From the NCBI GenBank assembly GCA_964396755.1, contig CAYNGR010000001.1, positions 12,898 to 56,357 of the forward strand: a DNA stretch of 43,460 bases, read 5' to 3'. A model generated the notes under the pieces. The model saw nothing but the letters and a program-made list of their open reading frames with translations, searched no databases and was not told the origin of the DNA. A program made the translations under genes and the position numbers. The stretch is from an uncultured Cyanobium sp. GTDB taxonomy: Bacteria; Cyanobacteriota; Cyanobacteriia; PCC-6307; Cyanobiaceae. Positions 9,042-18,721 of this stretch are shown here, one piece after another. Within the stretch, counting starts at the first letter, position 1. Each line of letters opens with the position of its first letter.

Positions 9042-10478
9042 TCAGCGCCCTCCCACCGTGATGCTGTCGACCTTGATGTGCGGCTGGCCCACGGTGACGA
9101 AGATGCTGCCGCTGACTGAGCCGCAGAAGCCGGCGGCCAGCTCCAGGTCATTGGCGCACATGGAGATGCGTGGCATCACCTCCTTGGCCTCGCCGATCAG
9201 GGTGGCTCCCTTCACCGGGCGACCGAGCTGGCCGTTCTCGATCCAGTAGCCCTCTTCGACGGCGAAGTTGAACTGGCCGGTGGGCCCGACGCTGCCGCCG
9301 CCCATCGACTTGCAATAGAGACCCCGCTCGACGGAGGCGATCAGCTCGGCGGGGGTGTGCGCCCCGGCGGCGATATAGGTGTTGCGCATGCGGCTGGCGG
9401 CGGCGAAGGCATGGCTCTGGCGCCGGCCGCTGCCGGTGCGCGGATGGCCGGTGCGCAGTTCGCCGGCCCGGTCGCTGAGGAAGCCGCGCAGCACGCCGTT
9501 TTCGATCAGCACGGTGCGCTGCGGTTCGAGGCCCTCGTCATCCATCGACAGCGAGCCGAAGGCTCCATCGCTGAGGCCTTCATCAATGGCCGTCACCGCA
9601 GGGTGGGCGATCGTCTCGCCGATCCGCTCGGCAAAGGGGGTCGTGCCCCGCTCCACCTGGGTGGTTTCCAGCAGGTGGCCGCAGGCTTCATGGAAGATCA
9701 CGCCGCCGAAGCGGTTCGCCAGCACCACCGGGAACTGGCCTGCTTCCACATAGTCGGCGTACAGCATCTTGCCGGCGCTGTCGCACAGATCGGCGGCGGC
9801 CGCATCGGCGTCCCACTGCCGCAGGTCATCGGGTCTGTCGCTGGTGCCGTAGCGGCGGCCGAGGCTGGTGCGATGTTCGCCGTCAGCGGCCAGCAGGCTC
9901 AGCCCAAGGGACTGATGCAGGCGGATGTCACGGGCATGGGTGCCGTCGCTGGCGGCCACCAGAACCTCCTGCCAGTCGCGGGAGTAGCTGCCTCGCCGGG
10001 ACTGCAGATGCTGGCCGTGCTGCTGCAGGCGATCGGTGCCGCGCAACAGGGCCTCGGTGGCTTCCCGCAGGGAGGGGCAGCGCCCCAGCCAGGCGCCCTT
10101 GCTGGCTGCGTGGTCGCGCAGCTCCGGCAGTCCTTCAAACGACGAGCGGCCGGCCGACGCCCCACTGGGGCAGTGCAGGCCGAGCATGCCCAGGGCCTGG
10201 GACAGCGCTTCGAGCAGGCCCGCTTCGCTGAGATCGTTGGTGGAGACGAAGCCGTCTCGCTGGTCGCGGAAGACGCGGATGCCGGCCCCCATGCCGAAGG
10301 AGGGGGTGACGCTGGTGATCGCCTCCTGCTCCGCCAGCACCCCGAGGTGATCGGTGCGCTCGAGGAACACTTCCACAAGGTCGGCTCCGGCAGCGCGGCC
10401 GCGATGCAACAGCAGTTCCAGCAGATCCCGGCGCACTTCGGCGGGCAGTCCTGGAGCGAGGAGTTGGGAGGAAGGCAA
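9042..10478 (-). CDS. tldD: TldD metalloprotease
   Basis: [13 protein letters not shown] zinc motif, [12 protein letters not shown] and [17 protein letters not shown]. Start uncertain (TTG 10478 chosen). Confidence 0.93.
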   Translation of the reverse strand: MPSSQLLAPGLPAEVRRDLLELLLHRGRAAGADLVEVFLERTDHLGVLAEQEAITSVTPSFGMGAGIRVFRDQRDGFVSTNDLSEAGLLEALSQALGMLGLHCPSGASAGRSSFEGLPELRDHAASKGAWLGRCPSLREATEALLRGTDRLQQHGQHLQSRRGSYSRDWQEVLVAASDGTHARDIRLHQSLGLSLLAADGEHRTSLGRRYGTSDRPDDLRQWDADAAAADLCDSAGKMLYADYVEAGQFPVVLANRFGGVIFHEACGHLLETTQVERGTTPFAERIGETIAHPAVTAIDEGLSDGAFGSLSMDDEGLEPQRTVLIENGVLRGFLSDRAGELRTGHPRTGSGRRQSHAFAAASRMRNTYIAAGAHTPAELIASVERGLYCKSMGGGSVGPTGQFNFAVEEGYWIENGQLGRPVKGATLIGEAKEVMPRISMCANDLELAAGFCGSVSGSIFVTVGQPHIKVDSITVGGR

Positions 10479-10642
10479 ACCGTTCGGTGGCGATCGGGGG
10501 AGCCAGCGCGGAGCAGCCGCTGCTGGAGCCCTCAGCCTAGAAAGTCGGGCCGACCTGGCGGATGGCGGCAATCGCCTGCTCGCTTGCGGGTCGGCTGCCC
10601 TGATGGCCCCCTCCAGCCAGCTGGGTCGTCAAATGGTTCGTC

Positions 10643-10677
10643 AAAAAAAAGGGCCGGGTTCGCGTCGGAACCCGGCC
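10643..10677 (-). terminator. Rho-independent terminator of acsF
   Basis: Minus strand GGCCGGGTTC-cgacgc-GAACCCGGCC followed by C and T8. Confidence 0.9.
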
Positions 10678-10703
10678 AAAGCAGCGGAGCGGACAGTTCG
10701 GCC

Positions 10704-11807
10704 TCAGCGCACCGCAGGCTGGAACTGCTCGCTGCGGATCGGGGCCATGAAGAACAGCTTGGCCATCTCCAGGGCATTCGCGGCCCAGAAGGGCAGCTTG
10801 CGCAGGGTCTTGAGCGGTGCCGGCGAGGAGGAGGCATCGGCCTCGCTGAGGGCGGCGTTGTTGCCCACCAGCCGCTCGAGGCGCTCCCAGAAGCGGGGAT
10901 TCTGAACATCGAGCACCACCGGGAAGACGCGGGCGGTGGTCTCGTTGGTCTTGATGATCACTTCCTTGTCGTAGGCGCGAGCATCGAGCCCGAGCGCCTC
11001 GTAGAACTCCTTGCGGGCCACGTCGCGCACGTACATCGTGGCGAACACGGCCAGCAGGAAGAAGCGGCACCAGAGGCGAGCCTTCCAGCCGCGCACGGTG
11101 TCGGGCTGGGCCTTCATCAGAGCATCGAAGAAGTCGCCGTGACGATTCTCGTCCTGGCACCAGTTCTCGAAGAAGTTGAAGATCGGGAAGATCTTGCTTT
11201 CGGGGTTCTTCTCGAGATGCCGGTAGATCATGATGTAACGCCAGTAGCCGATCTTCTCGGACAGATAGGTGGCGTAGAAGATGTGCTCGGGGCTGAACTT
11301 GGTGTAGTTCTTGTTGGCGGTGAGGAATCCTAGGTCGAGCTGCATCCCGAAGTCGGTCATCGCCTTGTTGAGGAAGCCGGCATGGCGTGCCTCATCACGA
11401 GCCATGTGGGCAAAGCACTCGGCAAGCAGAGGATTCTTCTCCTTGATGCGGCGGCTGAGCTCCTTGTAGAGCAGAAAGCCCGAGAACTCCGAGGTGCAGC
11501 TCTGTTCGAGAAACTCGACGAACACCTTGCGGGTCTCGGGGTCGAGCTTGTCGGCAGCCCCCTCAAATTCGTCGTTGCGGACGAAGTGATGGCGGTTGTA
11601 GTCCTTGCGGAACTCCTCGCAGATGGCTTCGAGCTCGGCCTCGTTGGGCCGCAGATCCATGGCGGCCATCGCGTCGAAGTCGGTCGTATAGAAGCGCGGC
11701 GTCAGGATCGTGTCCTTCGCCGGGTCCTTGATCGCGGGGCCCTCGCCGCTCTGCAGAGCGGGAGTTGCAGCGGCGTCGCTGGCAGTGAGGGTGGCGGGAG
11801 GAACCAT
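10704..11807 (-). CDS. acsF: Mg-protoporphyrin IX monomethyl ester oxidative cyclase
   Basis: [40 protein letters not shown] and CQDENRHGD diiron motifs. Confidence 0.98.
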   Translation of the reverse strand: MVPPATLTASDAAATPALQSGEGPAIKDPAKDTILTPRFYTTDFDAMAAMDLRPNEAELEAICEEFRKDYNRHHFVRNDEFEGAADKLDPETRKVFVEFLEQSCTSEFSGFLLYKELSRRIKEKNPLLAECFAHMARDEARHAGFLNKAMTDFGMQLDLGFLTANKNYTKFSPEHIFYATYLSEKIGYWRYIMIYRHLEKNPESKIFPIFNFFENWCQDENRHGDFFDALMKAQPDTVRGWKARLWCRFFLLAVFATMYVRDVARKEFYEALGLDARAYDKEVIIKTNETTARVFPVVLDVQNPRFWERLERLVGNNAALSEADASSSPAPLKTLRKLPFWAANALEMAKLFFMAPIRSEQFQPAVR

Positions 11808-12049
11808 CGCGGACAGACAGTTGGCGTCGCGCCATCGTAGGCGGATCACAGCCCGCGACGGGAGGCCGCTCTGCAGTCGTTGCAGGCCTCAACCGCTCGG
11901 ACACTGGCCTGCTGTCCTACAAGGCCGATCGCCTGGCTTCAGGGCCCACCGGGCAGCAAAAGCCAGCCCCGGGCCGGCGACGGATCGGACCGGGAGTCCG
12001 CCGCCGGGTCAGCGACTGCGGCTCGACCCGGCGGATTCCTGAAGGGGTG

Positions 12050-12475
12050 TCAGTTGGGCCCCAGCCACTTCTGGCCATTGAGTCGCTGCACCAGTCGGGA
12101 CACCAGCAGCGCCAGTGTGGTCTTGCGTTCGTCGATCAGGAACGACTCCAGCAGGCTGGGTTCGCCGCCGCCCTCGCTAACGGCGATCGTCTTGGCGGAC
12201 TGGATGTCGGCGGCGGTGAAGCAGAGCCAGAAGCAGCGATCGCCCGGCAGGCTGCCGCAGACCATCCAGCAGTCACTGCCCACCACGGGCATCGGTCCCT
12301 GCCGGAAGCTCAGTTCAGGAGCCGGACCGCCATAGGCCTGCAATTCCTTGCTGAGCGCCGGCAGCAGCAGCTCGGGGACGAACTCGGCGAAGGGACGGTC
12401 CTCCGGGGCGGGCGCCTTGGCCTTGGCAGGCTTTTCGCCGGCAGCGGCGGGGGCAGGTGTGGCGGAGTCGGTCAC
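12050..12475 (-). CDS. ndhV: DUF2996 protein (NDH-1 subunit NdhV-like)
   Basis: PEDRPFAEF...RCFWLCF...LESFLIDERKTTLALLVSRLVQRLNGQKWLGPN. Confidence 0.85.
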   Translation of the reverse strand: MTDSATPAPAAAGEKPAKAKAPAPEDRPFAEFVPELLLPALSKELQAYGGPAPELSFRQGPMPVVGSDCWMVCGSLPGDRCFWLCFTAADIQSAKTIAVSEGGGEPSLLESFLIDERKTTLALLVSRLVQRLNGQKWLGPN

Positions 12476-12589
12476 CGGCGTGGGCCTCGGGGCTTGGAGG
12501 CCGGAACTCTAGGCACTCTCTTCCAGGCCGATGGCCTGCCGCAGCCGCGCTGAGTGCCTGGACGGGAACGGATCAGACAACGCTGCCGC

Positions 12590-13222
12590 TCACCAGTCCT
12601 CCTCGTCGGGGATGTCCCAGTCGTCAACTGTCGTCTGTTCGGCCGTCACGCCAGGCGCACTGCGGGCAGGCGCGGCGCTTGATGGGGCTGCCACAGCCGC
12701 TGCGCTCGCCGCGCCTGAGCCACGTCTGGGCCGTTTCAGCACCCGGAACGGCACAGAGACGGTGGGTGGCGGTTCGCCGGGTGCACGCTGCGGGCCGGCC
12801 TGAAGCCAGTCGCCTGCCTCGGCTGCAGGGCGGCGGTTCGGCTCGGGCTCTGGCTCGGCGCCGCTGCCTCCAGTCGGCCACGTGGGGCGGAACCAGGGTT
12901 CACCGGGCGGCTGCCGCGACAGATCCGGTTCGAGGCGTTGACGTCGGCCGCCTTCGCGCAGGGCCAATGCCGTGGCCAGGCCGCTGAGCAAGGCCCCGGC
13001 GCTGCCTCCGGCCGCCAGCCAGACCCCCAGCGGCAGGGCCGGTGAGCGGCTGGTGAGCAGGCGCAGCGACAGGGTGGGCCGGGGGTTGAGCGCAGCCAGC
13101 AGCAGCACCGCCAGCAGCGGAGCCAGCAGGGGCAGCAGCAGCAGGCGGCGCAGGAGGGTCAGGGCGGGACGGCGGGATGGGGTGAGGGAGGAAGGCGGCG
13201 GTTCAGCCGACTGGGCCTGCAT
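12590..13222 (-). CDS. Hypothetical membrane protein (2 TM, acidic C-terminal DDW..EEDW)
   Basis: Hydrophobic N-terminus and RAPGEPPPTVSVPFRVL segment; overlaps the ubiX stop. Confidence 0.75.
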   Translation of the reverse strand: MQAQSAEPPPSSLTPSRRPALTLLRRLLLLPLLAPLLAVLLLAALNPRPTLSLRLLTSRSPALPLGVWLAAGGSAGALLSGLATALALREGGRRQRLEPDLSRQPPGEPWFRPTWPTGGSGAEPEPEPNRRPAAEAGDWLQAGPQRAPGEPPPTVSVPFRVLKRPRRGSGAASAAAVAAPSSAAPARSAPGVTAEQTTVDDWDIPDEEDW

Positions 13223-13847
13223 CCTGGCCCTCACGCACAGGCCCCTGCCAGCGACGCAGGGATCCGAGCTCGAGGCCCAGGCTGTCGAACACGCGGATCA
13301 CCAGGAAATCCACCATCTCCTCGAGCGTGGTGGGCCTGTGATACCAGGCGGGCACGGGTGGCGCGATGCGGGCGCCGGCCTCGGCCAGGGTGGTGAGATT
13401 GCGCAGGTGGACCAGGTTCCAGGGCAGCTCCCGCGGTGCGATCACCAGAGGGCGACCCTCCTTGAGGTGCACATCGGCCGCCCGCTCGATCAGGTCGAGG
13501 GCCACGCCTGAGGCGATGCGTCCCACCGTCCCCATGCTGGCCGGCAGGATCACCATGCCGCGAGTGAGGAAACTGCCGCTGGCGATCCCTGCCGCCTGGT
13601 CATTCCAGCGGTGGCAGCGCAGGCTGCCGCTGGAGACCGCGCAGCGCTCGCGCCAGAAGCGCTCCTGGGCGTCGGGTTCGCTGGGCACCCGCAGACCCAG
13701 TTCCGCCTGCCACACCCCGATGGCGCCGCGGCTGGTGACCAGTTCGACGGCCTGGCCGTCCTCAAGCAGCAGCTGCAGAGCTCGCTGGGCCAGGGGCTGG
13801 GCCGAGGCTCCCGATACGGCGAGGACCACCGGTGGCGTGGTGTGCAT
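13203..13847 (-). CDS. ubiX: Flavin prenyltransferase UbiX
   Basis: VVLAVSGAS, IASGS, PASMGTVGRIASG, ERAADVHLKEGRPLVIAPRE and PAWYHRP. Confidence 0.96.
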   Translation of the reverse strand: MHTTPPVVLAVSGASAQPLAQRALQLLLEDGQAVELVTSRGAIGVWQAELGLRVPSEPDAQERFWRERCAVSSGSLRCHRWNDQAAGIASGSFLTRGMVILPASMGTVGRIASGVALDLIERAADVHLKEGRPLVIAPRELPWNLVHLRNLTTLAEAGARIAPPVPAWYHRPTTLEEMVDFLVIRVFDSLGLELGSLRRWQGPVREGQDAGPVG

Positions 13848-13856
13848 CCCGATCCC

Positions 13857-16169
13857 TCAGGCGTCCTCGTCGTCGCCGGGCTGATCATCAGCGTCAGCAA
13901 ACGACTCGGCCGGCTCCTGTTCGCCGTCCTCAGGCTCCTCGCTGATCTCAGGCAGCACCACGGCCAGATCGATCTGGTGGCGCAGGGCATCCACCTTCTG
14001 AATCTCGACCTCGACGGGGTCACCCACCAGGAAGGTGCGCCGGAACTTGCGCCCCACCAGGCGGTTCTGGCGGGAGCGGTACTCGTACCAGTCGTCCTTG
14101 AGCGAGCTGACATGCACCAACCCTTCGACATTGGAGGGGGGCACCTCGACGAAGAAGCCGTAGCTCTGCACGCCGCTGATCACGCCGGGCAGCACCTGGC
14201 CGACGAGCGGTTCGGCGGCGCGTGCCTGGGCCATCGCCAGCAGATCGTCCTGGAACTCCTGCTGAACCCGCTGGCGGCCGTTGAGGCGTTGCACCAGACC
14301 GTGCTGCAGCCCCTGCTGGAATGGCGACAGCTGGGAGGGCACCAGCAGGGACCAGTCGATGCTGCCGTGGCAGCTGTCAGAGGCGATGTCAGCCGAGGTT
14401 TTGTGGCGCACCGTGGGGCGGTCCTTGCCCTCGTTCAGCAGCGTCACCAGCAGCTGCTGATTCCACAGGTCGGCGTAGTGCAGCGACGGGCATGCCCAGG
14501 GGGCGAAGGCCTGCTCCTCTCCGGCCAGGGCATTGGGACCGGCCTCCTCCGCCAGCAGGGCGGGCCGCAGGCTGTCGCGCAGCAGCTGCTGCAGCGCCCG
14601 CTTGCGGTCGGTGCCGGCAAAAGCCGCCGCCAGTTCCGCGGCGCTGGCGTTGCCATCAGGGGAGAGCTCCATGGGGATCTCCAGCGCCAGTGCCGCCTTG
14701 GCCACCTCGTTGATCTCGGCCGGATCGGCGGCGGGTTGGATCACGAACAGGCCCGGCAGCCCTAGGGCGGCGAAATGGCGTCCAAGGGCCCGGTTCGCCA
14801 GCAGCACCGCCTCGCGCAGCAGCGCCATCGGATCGCTGGCGGGACGTTCCACCAACCAGCCCTGGCGGCTGGCCTCGGGGCTGCCGCAGCGCAGATCACC
14901 GAGAGCCTCCAGCGGTGGCAGGGCCAGATCCAGATCGATGGATCCGGCGGCCAGGCGGACCTGGCGCAGCTGGCCGGCCAGAGCCTGCAGCTGTTCGATC
15001 AGCCCGAGTTGATCCTTGAGTCCCTTCAGCGCCGCCGGAAGCGTGCGCGAGCGCGGATTGCGCTCCTCCAGGGCCTGCAGCGCAGCCGGCTCGAGCACGG
15101 CATCGGGACGGACGCGGCTGAGGCAGAAGCGGTAGTGCTCGAGCTGGCCCTCCGGCCCGAGATCCAGGGCCACCGAGACAGCGTCCTGCTCCTTGCCGGC
15201 CTGGAAGGCGGCTGCCTTCGTCAGGGCGGCGGGCAGCAGCGGCAGCCAGCGGCGTCCGGCGCAGATGGCGTCAGCCTGATCGCGCAGCCAGCCATCGAGG
15301 GCGCTGCCGAGGCTGAGCCGTTCGGCCACCGCAGGGCTGTGCAACCACAGGCGCTGGCCGCCCTCCGGTCGCTCCTCAAGCGACAGCGCCGGCAGGAACG
15401 GGGCGTCCTGGCCGCTCCAGCTCTGCGGCAGCAGCGTCGGCAGGCTCGTCAGATCGCTGCGGTTCTTGTCCGTGGGGGTCTTGAGGCTGACCTTGGGCGC
15501 CGCCGGTCGCTCATGCAGGTGGTGCTTGGTGAGGAGCAGATCGAGATCGGCTTCATCGCCGCCATGCACGGGGAGGCTGCGCACCACATGGCCTTCAGGC
15601 GCGAACTGGGCGACGGGGAAGCGGTCGATCACCACCTCCACCACCGACTCCTGCGATGGCTGGAGATGGGGAGCATCCGCCTCGGGAAGCTCCACGGTGG
15701 TGAGCAGGCGGTCATCCAGCGGCACAGCCACCAGCCGTTCCTCCTGGCGTTCCACCTGGGCCAGCAGGCTGGTGGTGCACCGTTCGAGGATGCATTGAAC
15801 GCCGCCTTCGGGCGAGCGGCGACGTCCCCCCTCGCGGGTGATCCGCACCAGCACCCGATCGCCGTTCCAGGCGTGATTGAGCTGGTGGTCGCGGATGTAG
15901 ATGTCCTCGCCGCCGTCATCGCGCAGCGCGAAGCAGAAACCCTTGCTCGAGCAGCGCAGCCGTGCCGGAATCAGCTCGGCATTCGCATGACGCAGCAGAC
16001 CGGCCTCGTTCTCCTGAACCAGGTCGAGGCGGACCATGGCGTCGAGCCCGATGCGCAGCTCCTGCTTCTCCTCGCTGCTGCTCAGACCAAGCGCCTTCTC
16101 AAGACTGCTGAGCTCCACCACCTCATCGCTGGAGAGCTGATCGAGGAGATCGGCGACCGTGAACTTCAT
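13857..16169 (-). CDS. RNase II/R (RNB) family protein with cold-shock and S1 domains (Zam/VacB-like)
   Basis: CSSKGFCFA...DIYIRDHQLNHAWNGDRVLVR (CSD) and C-terminal S1 GVQSYGFFVE...EGLVHVSSL. The catalytic motif appears degenerate. Confidence 0.9.
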   Translation of the reverse strand: MKFTVADLLDQLSSDEVVELSSLEKALGLSSSEEKQELRIGLDAMVRLDLVQENEAGLLRHANAELIPARLRCSSKGFCFALRDDGGEDIYIRDHQLNHAWNGDRVLVRITREGGRRRSPEGGVQCILERCTTSLLAQVERQEERLVAVPLDDRLLTTVELPEADAPHLQPSQESVVEVVIDRFPVAQFAPEGHVVRSLPVHGGDEADLDLLLTKHHLHERPAAPKVSLKTPTDKNRSDLTSLPTLLPQSWSGQDAPFLPALSLEERPEGGQRLWLHSPAVAERLSLGSALDGWLRDQADAICAGRRWLPLLPAALTKAAAFQAGKEQDAVSVALDLGPEGQLEHYRFCLSRVRPDAVLEPAALQALEERNPRSRTLPAALKGLKDQLGLIEQLQALAGQLRQVRLAAGSIDLDLALPPLEALGDLRCGSPEASRQGWLVERPASDPMALLREAVLLANRALGRHFAALGLPGLFVIQPAADPAEINEVAKAALALEIPMELSPDGNASAAELAAAFAGTDRKRALQQLLRDSLRPALLAEEAGPNALAGEEQAFAPWACPSLHYADLWNQQLLVTLLNEGKDRPTVRHKTSADIASDSCHGSIDWSLLVPSQLSPFQQGLQHGLVQRLNGRQRVQQEFQDDLLAMAQARAAEPLVGQVLPGVISGVQSYGFFVEVPPSNVEGLVHVSSLKDDWYEYRSRQNRLVGRKFRRTFLVGDPVEVEIQKVDALRHQIDLAVVLPEISEEPEDGEQEPAESFADADDQPGDDEDA

Positions 16170-16691
16170 CGGAGTCGGGTGGGGAATCGGGAAGGCAGGA
16201 GGCTGGGGAGAGGCCAGTCCAGGGGGCGGAACGGACTGCGGTGAGCCGGCCGCTCAGGAATGCGTGCGGACTCGGCTCAGGACCTGGGACGGGGTGTGAT
16301 GGGAGCTGCCAGTGGCTGAACGGTTCAGCCCTGTCGCCTTACGGCCGTTGCCGCGCCACGGATGGCTGCGGCAGTGCTGGCTGCTGCCGCTGGGCTGATG
16401 GCTGCCGCAATGCTGTGGGCAGCGGCGACGCACCGAGCTGGACGGACGCCGGCAGCTTCGGCACGAGCCGGACGTTCAGGGAAACGAACGGCTGGTCGGC
16501 AGGGCCATTGTGGGAGCGGAAGACCTCCGGGAGATCCCGGCCGGTCAGCCAGCGACGCCCCCAAAGAGGAGTTACGGCGGGAGAAGCCCCGTCGCGCCGT
16601 GGCCTCCGTGCCGGTGTGCCTTGGGAACCGCCGGCGCGGTCAACGGAAGGGTCCGTCGTCAGGAGCAGCGTTGCACTGGTTGACCAGGACT

Positions 16692-17003
16692 CTAGGGATC
16701 GGCGGCCACGCCGTCTTCTGCGTCCGGTTCGGTGCGCAGCGAACGCAGGACCAGGCGCGCCCCCAGGATCAGAAAGCCCACCGAGGCGGCCAGCTGCAGT
16801 GCGTCGGTTGGGATCACACTGGAGAGAGAACCACCGGCGGCTGCACCCACCAGGCTGGCCAGCACCAGGGCGCAGGCGCTGCCGGCGAACACCGCGCCTG
16901 GCCGGTTGGAGGTGCCGCTGATGCTCACGATCGCCAGCTGGGTCTTGTCGCCCAGCTCGGCCAGGAACACGGTGAAGAACGTCGAGACCAGCAGGGCGAG
17001 CAT
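16692..17003 (-). CDS. UPF0016/TMEM165/GDT1 half-size Mn2+ transporter
   Basis: VFLAELGDKTQLA motif; 3 TM segments. Confidence 0.92.
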   Translation of the reverse strand: MLALLVSTFFTVFLAELGDKTQLAIVSISGTSNRPGAVFAGSACALVLASLVGAAAGGSLSSVIPTDALQLAASVGFLILGARLVLRSLRTEPDAEDGVAADP

Positions 17004-17050
17004 CGTGGGGCGGCGAGAGGTGACGGCGGAGGCGGCCAGGGCAGCGCCCC

Positions 17051-17509
17051 TCAGCCGTTGGGCAGGGGCAGGGCTGTGGGGGCGAGCTGCAGCACCGCCT
17101 GGCGACCGAGCCACAGTCCAAGCACGACCATCAGCACGCCGGCGCCGCGCTCAAGCTGCTGGGGTGCCATCACCGACGAGAGCCAGCGACCCAGCAGCAC
17201 CCCGACGAGGCTGGAGCTGATCAGGGCCAGGGAGGCCCCGACGAACACCACCACCGGTCGTCCCGATTCAGCCGAGAGCAGCAGGGCCGCCAACTGCGTC
17301 TTGTCACCCAGCTCGGCGAGGAAGACGGTCGTGGCCGTGGACAGAAACACGCTCAGCCAGGCCTGAGGAGTGGTCGCTGCGGGCGGCTCAACAGCGAACG
17401 CCGCAGGCTGAGCAAGGGAGGCCTCGCCCTCACCAGGCGCGCTGGCCGCAGGGGCATGGCTCGGATCGGGCAGATCCTGGCCGCTGTCATCGGGGCGGGG
17501 AGCGCTCAT
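17051..17509 (-). CDS. UPF0016/TMEM165/GDT1 half-size Mn2+ transporter
   Basis: VFLAELGDKTQLA motif; tandem partner of the adjacent gene. Confidence 0.92.
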   Translation of the reverse strand: MSAPRPDDSGQDLPDPSHAPAASAPGEGEASLAQPAAFAVEPPAATTPQAWLSVFLSTATTVFLAELGDKTQLAALLLSAESGRPVVVFVGASLALISSSLVGVLLGRWLSSVMAPQQLERGAGVLMVVLGLWLGRQAVLQLAPTALPLPNG

Positions 17510-17955
17510 GGCGTGCGGCGGATGGCCTGCTCAAAACGCTTCATCACCCTGCCACGGCCACCGTATTCAGCGCGGATCTGGGTGCGGCAGGCGGCGATGG
17601 CCAGAGCCTGGGCGGCGGCATCCAACGGCTGCGCTGCCTGGTCACCACTGCAGCCGGAACCCTGCCCAGCGGCCGAAGGCGGCTTCGGCGTTGGACAGGG
17701 ATCGGCCTCCGACGCCAGCTCCGGCTCGGCGAACAGGGCCACCAGATTCTCGACCCGGCAGAAGTCCGGACGGGTGGCATAGATGCGGCAGCGGCGCCCG
17801 CCGGTGTCGAAGTGGATGCACCAGCCGTCTTCACCGACCATCGCCAGGTAGGTGCTCCGCTGCTCGTCGCTGAGGCGTTCGAGATCGTCGCCGCGCAGGG
17901 TGGGATCCAGCCGGCAGCAGGCCCCGCAGCCTGAGATGCAACGCCAGTGAGGCAT
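17506..17955 (-). CDS. YkgJ family cysteine cluster protein
   Basis: WRCISGCGACCRL...GWCIHF...RCRIYATRPDFCR. Confidence 0.9.
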   Translation of the reverse strand: MPHWRCISGCGACCRLDPTLRGDDLERLSDEQRSTYLAMVGEDGWCIHFDTGGRRCRIYATRPDFCRVENLVALFAEPELASEADPCPTPKPPSAAGQGSGCSGDQAAQPLDAAAQALAIAACRTQIRAEYGGRGRVMKRFEQAIRRTP

Positions 17956-18231
17956 GGATGGGTCTCTCATGTGGAGCGGTGTCCGCTGCCCTGTGGCCCG
18001 GCACCGTTGCGATGTCGAAGCCTCAGTTTGCTGGCTGGGGGACGGACGGTTGCACTCTGCGTCGGTTGCAAGTTGCGTCGGCGCCGTGTCGGCTGCCAGC
18101 AGCGGGGCGGCAGTCGTGAGCCGATGGGTCAGCTGTGACAAGCCGTCACAGGCATGGCTGTGGAGGTGGGGATGGAGCCTCCCGGCGCCTTAGGGTTCGA
18201 ACTAAGCTCCTCGCGCAGCACCCGGAACGAC

Positions 18232-18339
18232 ATGGGCATCGACTTCCACCTGATCGCCAATTTCGGAGCCCTGGCTTTGATCACCCTGGCCGGACCGGCC
18301 GTGATCTTCATCCTTTTCTACCGGCGCGGCGCCCTCTGA
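18232..18339 (+). CDS. psb30: Photosystem II reaction center protein Psb30 (Ycf12)
   Basis: [35 protein letters not shown]. Confidence 0.95.
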
Positions 18340-18721
18340 AGTCCTGGCGACTCCGCCCTGAGGTCCTCAGCGGCAGTCCCGTGCAGATTGCGGCTGGTCG
18401 CTGAAGCGTCCATGGTTATCGCGATCGCCGTTATCGGCGATCGCCAGTAGCTGTTTGCCACCTCAGGCATTCATTTGGTCTTCGTTCAGGTGCTCGCAAT
18501 GTTGCCCGGAGAGGTCTTTTGACCGGCTTGGGCGGCAGGATCGTCTTGTTTTGGTGCCATTCGCGAGACCTGGCACTTGAACGAGCTGAGGGAGCCTGTC
18601 GGGACCGGCTCTGACATACCAGCCACTGGCTTGGCCTGGTCTCAGCCCGAGCTGGGATTGTTCTGGACCCTGGGCTCGACCGCAACGGGGTGCGCCTCGT
18701 CCCGAGAGCCCTCGAGCGATC

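Noticed and set aside
7558-10478. TldD/PmbA as a sign of a RiPP cluster
   Set aside because: Sits in a housekeeping context (fmt, acsF) with no precursor, YcaO or transporter genes.
6103-16244. Very long + strand ORFs (6263-8248, 9357-11333, 13611-14765, 14775-16244)
   Set aside because: High-GC antisense shadows of fmt, pmbA, tldD, acsF and the RNB gene; no motifs.
16692-17509. Split or frameshifted UPF0016 transporter
   Set aside because: Paired half-size UPF0016 genes are a normal cyanobacterial arrangement, and both ORFs are intact.
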